This document shows, piece by piece, positions 12,944-22,355 of a stretch of DNA of 64,000 nucleotides. Where the stretch lies: assembly GCA_043228905.1 (NCBI GenBank), contig JBHGNT010000009.1, forward strand, positions 1,922,001 to 1,986,000, in the 5' to 3' direction. The notes below the pieces were generated by a model. It was not told the origin of the DNA. It saw nothing but the letters and a program-made list of their open reading frames with translations, and searched no databases. A program made the position numbers and the translations under genes. This DNA comes from Azolla caroliniana (lineage: Eukaryota > Plantae > Polypodiophyta). Numbering within the stretch: position 1 is the first letter of the stretch; each line of letters opens with the position of its first letter.

Positions 12944-15900
12944 AGAGGGCTGCCAAGGCGTGGGGACGAGACAGTCCGGACACTCGGGAAAGACCCCACA
13001 GCTGTACGATAGAACCGAAACCGTAGAAACCTTGTACGATAGGTAGAAAGTTTTGCTTCTCCAACAACGGAGGGTGTATGATAGTCGGCATCGTTGGCCG
13101 AGAAAAGGCAAGGACGGAGGAGCGACTTCGAGCGTGCGGAGTTCTCGGCCCGGATGAGGAAATCAGCGGAGCCGTGGAGGCGGTATCCTTTGACGACACC
13201 TTGGGGATGCTGAGGAAGGTAGCCGGAGAAGACCTTAACGAAGACCGGACGATACCGGTATGTTCCGAAGAGATGTACGAAGTCATCGCGAACTTCAGTC
13301 AGGGGATCGGGTCGGATCGGACGGCCCGAGTTAGCACGAAGTACAAGACTGTGGACCGGAAGGTAAGGCCAGTCGTGGCACCCTTACCGAAGGGCAGCGA
13401 GTCCTGGATCAGAGGGGTTGCGTCAGACCCCAGTTTGCGAGATCCGGTCTGCATAGGATACACCTTCACCGACGGGACGCTCCGGGAGCTCAAAATCGGT
13501 GGGGGCGGGTTCCTACTGTCGGCGGAGGAAGACCGGTTTCGGAGAATGCTCGGAAGGCACGGGAAAGCCTTCGCATTCTCACCAGAAGAGATCGGGTGCG
13601 TAGACCCGACAATCGTGGAGCCGATGGTGATATTCACGGTACCGCATGTGCCGTGGAATCTCAAGCCGATTCCAGTACCGAGAGCTCACATCCCGAAGTT
13701 GATGGAGCTATTGAGGCAGAGAGTCGATATGGGCATTCTCGAACCGTCGAGTGCCCCGTACTCGAACCAGTGGTTTACCGTACCAAAGACACACGGAACA
13801 TTGCGCTTCATTCAAGACCTGCAACGGTCAACAGAGTGACCATTTGGAACGCAGGAATCGGACCGACCATAGACGAGTTCGCGGAGGCCTTCACCGGAAG
13901 GTCAATTTACTCGATCGGTGACCTGTACTCGGGGTACGACCAATTCCAGATAGCCGTGGAGAGCAGAGACATTACGACGATGCGAACTCCCCTCGGCCTA
14001 GTGCGAATGTGTACCCTGCCACAAGGAGGGACCAAATCGGTGGCCCACATGGTGAATGCAATGAACAAGGTACTGAGGGATTGCATCCCGGACATCACCA
14101 TGCCATTTCTAGACGACATCCTAATCAAAGGGTGCCCGGTGGAAGAGAAGGACGAGACACTCGGGCCGGACGGATGCCGGCGATTCGTGGCAACACACAT
14201 CGATGACTGCGAGAAGGTGCTACAAAGGCTAGAGGTTGCGAGGCTCACCTTCTCCGGGGAGAAATCGGACTTTGGGCAATCAGAAATCCTGGTGGTCGGA
14301 CACCTATGTGGACCATATGGCCAGAAGCTGTCTCCAGCAAAGGTAGAAGCCATCTCCGCGATAAAGACCAATTGTAGCTCGGTTACGGAAGTTCGGAGGT
14401 TCCTGGGGGTGTGCGCATTCTCCCACATATGGATCCCGCATTACGCCCATGTTGCGGAGCCGCTATACGGGTTGCTGAAGAAAGGGCGAAAATTCGAGTG
14501 GCGAGACGAGCACACGGAGTCGGTCCGGAAGCTGAAGGAAGCTCTTGCGGCAGCACCGGCGCTCCGGAAGGTTGTCTACGAGAAGGGTACCCCGGTATAC
14601 ATAACGGTGGATACGAGTCCGATCGGGATCGGATGGGTCGTCAACCAAGAAGACGAGGACGGCATTCGGTTCCCGATCCGATTCGGCGCAAAGGTCCTCA
14701 ATGAGCGACATCGAGGGTACGCCCAGGTTAAATGCGAACTCTAGGGTATCCTTTCGGCAGTAAAGGCCGACAAAGACTACCTGATCGGGACAGAAGTGAT
14801 TATCGAGACGGATTGCCTGCCAATTCTCGGCATGGTCTCCGGATGCGCGACATCGGACCTGGCGATGCTTAGGTGGATAGCGTACATGAAGTCCCTGGAC
14901 CCGGAAATACGACACATTTCCGGAAAGGACAACGCCATGGCCGACATGCTTTCGAGGGCGAGGTTTGATGACGAGGGCGACATGGTTTCGGAGGACGAAG
15001 AAGTCGGCGTGGACTTCTTCGAGGCGGCGTACGTGACGACCGATGGGGCGAGCACTCCGGCACTTAACGGCTTCGACGAAAGCAAGTACGACGGCGAGTG
15101 GCTACAGATCGGTGGGTTTTTGAGGACAATGACGCCGGATGCGTCATGGACGAGGGACGAGGCCAACCGGATCCGGAAGAAAGCATACCGATTCTTTCTC
15201 CGGGACGGATACTTATGGAAGCACCCGAAGAAGAGGAACGACGTCCCGCTCCGGGTGGTGGCGATGAAGGAAGAACAGGAGGAGCTGCTGACGGCCTACC
15301 ACGACAGCCCTTGGGCCGGACACCGTGGAATGTGGGCCACGTTCGAGAAGATAAAGGGGAAGTACTGGTGGCTGGGACTGTACCAGGACGTGCATCGGTT
15401 CGTGACAACTTGCAAGAGCTGTCAGATGCACTCCATAGTCCGACATCGGGACGAGCTTCACCCTACGTACCCTCCGACCATCCACTTCCAATGGATGGTA
15501 GATCTGGTGACGATGCCGATGGGAGTAGGACAGATGCGGTATCTGGTCCTGGCTCGGGAAGATCTGACGAACCAGGTGGAAGGCCAAGCCCTTCAGAACA
15601 AAACGACCGCGGCCGTATGTCGGTTCCTGATCGAGGACGTGATATGCTGGTATGGGTGCGTCGGGAAGATTGTGGCTGATCACGGGGAGTTGGACGCCGA
15701 AGAGGCCAAGGAGCTGTTCGACCGGCTAGGAGTCAAGCTCTCGCTTACCACTGCGTACAATCCGGAGGCGAATGGGAAGGTGGAGCGTGGACACAGACCG
15801 ATTGTCAAGGCGTTAGTTCGGCCATGCGGAGGTCAAGTCGGGAATTGGCCGCGGCTGTTGCCTTACGCGTTGTGGGCGGCTGAACTACGCACAGTTCGGT

Positions 15901-16435
15901 AACCGGATTCATGCCGGCAGAGCTCATGTTTGGGCAGAAGCCGATCATGCCGATGGAACGTACGATCTCCTCATGGGCAACCGTGGACTAGAAAGATGAG
16001 ATGAGCGGGGAGGAACTGTTGGCGGCGCGCATACGACAGCTCGAGCGAAGACCGGAGGACGTGGAGCAGGCTGCGGGAAAGCTTCGGGTGGCAAGGACGA
16101 GGAACAAAGCCCGGTTCGACTGGACGCACCGGCTCCGACCAAAGAAGATCGAGGAAGGCGACTGGGTGCTAGTCTATGACAACAGTCTCGACAACCAGCA
16201 CCGAGCGACACGGAAGTTCGCAAGAAGGTGGTTCGGGCCTTACGTGGTACAAAGCGCCAACGACAATGGGACGTACCATCTGGCGGAACTCGACGGCACG
16301 AGAATGGCGATACCGGTAGCTGGGAAACGGATCAAAGCGTTCAAGAAGCGTCACGACGACGAGCCGGATCCGGTTATTCTGGACCGCGACGACGAACGAT
16401 CAGAAACCGAGGAAGAACCAACGGGCGGGGATTGA
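12934..16435 (+). pseudogene. pol: pol (RT-RH-INT) of C1
   Basis: DLYSGYDQ, LPQGG, FLDDI; RH VDTS; INT H-H-C-C and YNPEANGKVE; WFGPY motif; several stops and frameshifts. Confidence 0.9.
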
Positions 16436-17152
16436 AGGCTGGACCGGTTTTCTCCGTCCTAACTCAATTTGGCGCATGCCGGTGGATGCGCGGTTAGGTG
16501 GGGGCGGATGTCGTGAAGAAAACCGTCCACAAGCGGAATCGGTGCACCGGAGCGTAGGAACCGGCTCTTCATGCACGTACGCCTTATGTTGTACATAAGA
16601 GAGAATTAGGTACATAGAAGATCCTAGGTAGGTAGATTCGGTAGGTAGGAAGTTAATGGGAAACGACTCCTTTCTTGCCTATAAAAGGAGGGAGACGGGG
16701 AGGAGGAAAAGGGGATCGCGGTTAGAGAGGACGAAGTGCTGTCGGGTTGTCGGCCGAAGGCTTCTCTCTCTTCCATACTCCGTAGCTTCTTTCTGTGCAG
16801 GTTTTCGGGAGGCTCGCGCTGCTCTGAGGAATGCCCGAGTGCTTCCGGCAGCACCTCCAACCTACTCCTTTCTTTCTGTGCGTTTACGAACAGGCATCGG
16901 CATCTGTTCGCCGGCCTGTTCGGTTGTAACCGACTTCGTGCTTGTTGTTTGTCTTTGTTAATATATATATACATACATTCGTGTCTCTCTGTGTCGGTGT
17001 CCCACTCGCGTCTTTGTGTCGAAGGGCCGTGTCGGTGTGAATCTACGCTCGCACGTAGTGGGTCCCTTCCCTTCTCCTTCCTCTCTTGCTTTTCGGTGCA
17101 AGACCCCCGAGGTCCCGCCTCATTCCACGCATCCGCGAGGAATACCTCGACA

Positions 17153-17944
17153 ACGGATGAACCCGCTTGCCAAGTTCTCCTCTATGTAGGCTCGAAGGAC
17201 TTCTAACTCGGTGGGTGACAAGTTATAAATTGGTCCCCATGGTGGCTCGGTTCCTGGTTGTAAATCGATGGGACAGTCATAGGGACGGTGATGAGGAAGG
17301 GTACCGGCTTTTACCTTGTCAAATACATCGACATAAGGATGATATTTTGCCGGAAGTTGTACTGAGGAGTCCTTAATAGTGCTGGAAGGATGTACTGATA
17401 TTGCAAATAGGAACATTGCCTCCTTGTGTCCTTCTTCGCGTAATTGATGGAGTGAAATGGTCGAAACTCGGTGAGTAGATTCTTGGGGTGGTCAATATCA
17501 GACTTCTCTTGTTCTGCAATCTATGGCTGGATTATGTAATTCAAACCAAGGTAATCCTAGGACAATGGGATGCTCTGGACTATTAATTATATTAAATGAT
17601 ATTACACACACAAAACTACCTAGGACAACTTGAATGGGTTCTGATTCTTCTACAATATTCCCGGAAGCAATGGGACGACCATCAATGATTACTATAGATG
17701 CGGGACAAGGAAGTTTTCTTAGGGATATCTGAGAAGCTTGGGCAAAATTTCGATCCATGAAACAGGAATTAGCTCCGGAATCTAAATGTGCTAGGACGGG
17801 TACTGGGAGTGTACTTTTAGTACTAACAATGACTTGGGCTAGGAACACATTGCTAACTTGCTTGGAAGGAATGCAACCACTAATGGGCTGTACAGATCTA
17901 GGGCTGCTGTCCAACCAAACGGCTTCTATTTTGGCTGGACTCAA
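17153..17944 (-). pseudogene. pol: Protease and RT start of B
   Basis: HLDSGANSCF; PIYNLSPTEL; continues across the C1 insertion. Confidence 0.88.
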
Positions 17945-19111
17945 TCGTTTAACTCTTCATCTAATTGACTAAGGATTTTAAATTGGTTTGAGATACTTGG
18001 GCTGTTGGTACTATGAATACTATCTGACACTCTATTAGTACTATTAATACTATCAGACACTCCGAAGGGAAGAATTGACTCGGGTTTAGTACAGGCGACG
18101 ATTTGATTTACCTGTCTTCTTGGCCTATGGGGACAATTGATGGCGATATGCCTTGGTCAACCGCAATAAAGACATAATCGATTCGCACGTCGTCGTTGCT
18201 TTTCTTCTTCCGATAACGGGCCGCGTCGACGCATGGTATCAATCTCCATCGGTGTCGAAGTATTTGCTTGAGGTATGTCTCGTGCAAACGGTGTCGTGAA
18301 GAATTTCGGCTAGAGGCGGAAACCGGGAAACATTGGCTACCTCGGCGGGGGTGCAGCGTGTGTACGCACCCATGTACATTTAGTGTGAATATCGAGGGCG
18401 CCTTTATGGCGCCGAAGAGTAGTCAAGTCGGGACAGACGATCCCATGTAAGTCGGGATTTGTCCCACATTGTAACGCATCCCTTTCCTTGTTCTATAAAA
18501 GGAAGGGAACGCCCTTTGTGAAAGGGTTGCCCATTTTGCATTAGAGGGTATACCGTTAGGTTTAGAGTTAGTTTCTTCTTCTTCTTCTTCTTCTTCTTCT
18601 TCTCCCCCTTCGTGTTCGTTTAGGGTTTGCTTCAGCTCATCTTCTGCGCAAGATCCCGCTCGACGCGACGAGCGCGTGAGTTCCCCGACCGGCGGCTTGG
18701 CAGCTGACGACTACGGTAACCTACCTTGGTCCGGCTCGACGTCGGGAATGTATTCTTCCTTATATATATATATATATATATATATACGTTGCATCTGTTT
18801 GTGTATATTCACGTCTATGTTGGTGTCGGGTGTTTCCCCTTTTCTTGCGTTTCCTGTACATAAGGGCGTGAGGCGGGTCAGCATGTGTGTGTGTGTGAGT
18901 GTGTGTGAGTGAGTCGATGTTAAGCGCTCTCTCTCTCTCTCCCTTCGGTTGCTTCCGGCATGCTTCTGGGATGCCCCGGAAACGGTGAAGCACGGCTTCC
19001 TACGCTCCGTCACTCCCTAGTCCAAGACCCCCGTGGTCCCGCCTTTCTCCAGGCACGCGCGTAACAACGCGACATCTTTGGTAAACCCGACGTGAAAGGC
19101 GGCAAGGGAGG

Positions 19112-20176
19112 ATGGAGTCGGAAGACGACGACCTTGCGGAGATGGTGGCCGAAGTGGTGTTGGAGTCGGCGCGAGTGGTGATGAGGCGAGAAGCAGCGCA
19201 ACAGGCGGTTGAGCGAGTGGTCGAAAGAGTCGGCCGTTTCAACGGGGACAAAGTCCCATCTTACTTGGAAGCCTACAACGCGGAAATGGAGGAGCGTGGC
19301 GTAGACGAGGCATTGAGGCTGGAGTTCTTCTGTCGGGTCGTGGCTGTCCGGATGCATGCGGAAATAAAGGAGCACCGTGAGGCTCATAGTTCGTGGGAGG
19401 CCTTCGAAGAGGTGCTCCTGAAGGCATACGGAGGACGGCGGAAGAGCCGGGGATGACACGACTTTGACCAGTGGGTAGCATCGGCAAAGACCCACTGGGG
19501 CGTGGCCAAGGCGTTTCGAGAGTTCGAGCGGCGGCTTGCTCGGCTCCCGGAGCGGGAACAAGGTTTGGTGGGGGCGGACAAGGTCCTATTGTTCGTCAGG
19601 TCGATCGACCGAGTGGAACGGGAGGCCATAGGGATTGAGCTCGAAGACGATGATGGAGCGAATGGGATTACGGAGGACTGGTCGAAGGTCGGAAGGGTGT
19701 GCCAACGGCTAGACAACAAGCGAGCTGAGAAGGCTAAGAGGAAGGTACGCGACGGCGTGCCACCACAGCGGGAAGAGGCCGAACGACAAAGAGAGTCGGC
19801 AAGGGTCGGCGTTGGGGCCAGGATTGCGGAGGCGTACGCAACTCTCGAGGCGATGCTCAAGGAAGAGGAAAGACGGAGGCCGCAAGCCGAGATAGAGAAG
19901 ACGGACTTGCCCCACGTGACGGCGGAAGATCGGTACGACGGTACGACGGGAGAGGGTGCGGAACGAAACGCCCTCTCGACTTGCGGAGATAGAACGGCCA
20001 AGGACGAGGCCGAGATACTGATTGCGGAACCGGAACGTTGGGACCAGCGGTTTCGGGCGTGTCAGCCCGATATCCCGGTCATTGGAGAAGCAAGCCCAGA
20101 CGGGGCTTGCGCGATCAGTAAGAAGACGACCGCCGACCACGAAGAGTCGGTGGCTACGGAAAAGGGCGTAAAACGG
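19112..20176 (+). pseudogene. gag: gag-like region of D
   Basis: GRFNGDKVPSYLEAY...WEAFEE...LLFVRSID is homologous to C gag GRFSGKDATKYL...LLFVKSVD; stop at 19454. Confidence 0.75.
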
Positions 20177-22355
20177 TGTCGTGAAGAAAACCGTCCACAA
20201 GCGGAATCGGTGCACCGGAGCGTAGGAACCGGCTCTTCATGCACGTACGCCTTATGTTGTACATGGAATATCCTAGGTAGGTAGATTCGGTAGGTAGGAA
20301 GTTAATGGGAAACGACTCCTTCCTTGCCTATAAAAGGAGCGAGACGAGGAAGGGGGAAGGGATCGTGGTTAGAGAGGACGAAGTGCTGTCGGGTTGTCGG
20401 CCGAAGGCTTCTCTCTCTTCCAAACTCCATAGCTTCTTTCTGTGCAGGTTTCGGGAGGCTCGCGCTGCTCTGAGGAATGCCCGAGTGCTTCCGGCAGCAC
20501 CTCCAACCTACTCCTTTCTTTCTGTGCGTTTACGAACAGGCATCGACATCTGTTTGCCGGCTTGTTCGGTTGTAACCGACTTCGTGCTTCTTGTTGTTTG
20601 TCCTTGTTAATATATATATACATACATTCGTGTCTCTCTGTGTCGGTGTCCCACTCGCGTCTTTGTGTCGAGGGCCGTGTCCCTGAGAATCTACGCTCGC
20701 ACGTAGTGGGTCTCTTCCCTTCTCCTTTCTCTCTTGCTTTTCGGTGCAAGACCCCCGAGGTCCCGCCTCATTTCACGAAGTCCTACTCCTTTCTTTCTGT
20801 GCGTTTACGAACAGGCATCGACATCTGTTCGCCAGCCTGTTCGGTTGTAACCGACTTCGTGCTTCTTGTTGTTTGTCCTTGTTAATATATATATACATAC
20901 ATTCGTGTCTCTTTGCGTCGGTGTCCCACTCGTGTCTTTGTGTCGAGGGCCGTGTTCCTGAGAATCTACGCTCGCACGTAGTGGGTCTCTTCCCTTCTCC
21001 TTTCTCTCTTGCTTTTCGGTGCAAGACCCCCGAGGTTCCGCCTCATCCGCGAGGAATACCTCAACATCTTGGTGAACCCGACGTGAAGGAGGTGGCAGAA
21101 GAGCAGAAGATTAAAGGGTCGGATCTTGCGGAGGCCATGGCTTCAGCCGTGGATCAGATATTAAGCGCACGCGAGGGCACTGGCGCCCTCGACAGAGCCA
21201 TTGAGGTGGTCGTCGGTACGATCGGCCGATTCAGCGGAAAGGATGCCACGAAGTATTTGGCGTCCTACGGGGCAGAAATGCTCATGCGGGAAATTCCGGA
21301 AGAGAGGCGTCTTGCCGGGTTCCCTCGAGAGCCGTACCTGGGAGGAGTTCGAAGGCCGACTCCTAGAAAAATACGGGCTGGACGACGCGCTTCGGCTTTC
21401 AAACGGGACTTCATGGAATGGGTGGAGTCTCCCGGCAAGGGATGAAACGCGCCGGCACTCCTCCGGGAGTTTCAGGAACGCTTTGCGCGCCTTTCAGTGC
21501 TTGACCGAACCATTCTGGATACGAGCCGGGTCCTACTGTTCGTCAAGTCGGTGGACGAGCGGGACCGGGATCAAGTCGGCTCCTTGCTAGAAACCGAAGA
21601 CGGGCTGACGACCGACTGGGCTGCGGTTAAGAGAGTCTGTGGCCGTTTCGACAAACGGCGAGAATGGGCTGACAACGGGGCGACCGGAGCGGGCTCTGTC
21701 ACAGCAAGGAGGCTTGAACCGGCACCACAAGGGCGAAGGGCAAAGACCCGGGAGTGGCTCGAAACCGGTTCGGCTTCGACCGGCATGGTCAATGACTCGT
21801 CCGGAGGAGCAACGCTGGAGGAGTTGACGCGGGCGATAAAGGATCTCCAGATCGCCCAGACTCGAAGGGAAGGCGGCGAACCGGTGTTATTCTCTTAGCC
21901 GGACAAGGCCTAACACAAGGTGTCACGGAGACACTTCACCAAAGGGTGATTACGGCATAGGATTAAGATTCAACGATTACACCGACTTACGTAGGTTATA
22001 CGATTAGATTGCTTGGTTAATTACACGCGTAAGATATAACAGTGATTGCAGAACGGAAATCAAGACAGAAGTGTAAACATCATAAACACTATTAATTATC
22101 CGCTGTCATTACAATGGGGTCCGGGCCTTTAAATAGGTTTCCGGCCCGTAGTACAAAACGGTGCCCCTCGCACCTATTCGGGATCCGTCCGGATCTGGAA
22201 CGGCATACCGTTTCCAGTCCGTCCGTCCACACTATCCTCATTTACAACCATATATAATTAATTCCTTCACTCCGTATTTTGGACTCCTTGCCGGCCGGTA
22301 ACACATGGCACGCCCGTGGGACAGTACCTTGTACGTCGAACCCTTCTCGGCCCCT

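Larger units (their letters stand above)
10164..17152 (+). mobile_element. Ty3/Gypsy non-chromovirus family C copy 1, full length and mutated
   Basis: LTRs at 10164-10810 and 16509-17152 (TGTCGTGAAG...CCTCGACA); TSD ACGG; PBS at 10814; PPT before 16509; domain order gag-PR-RT-RH-INT. Confidence 0.95.
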
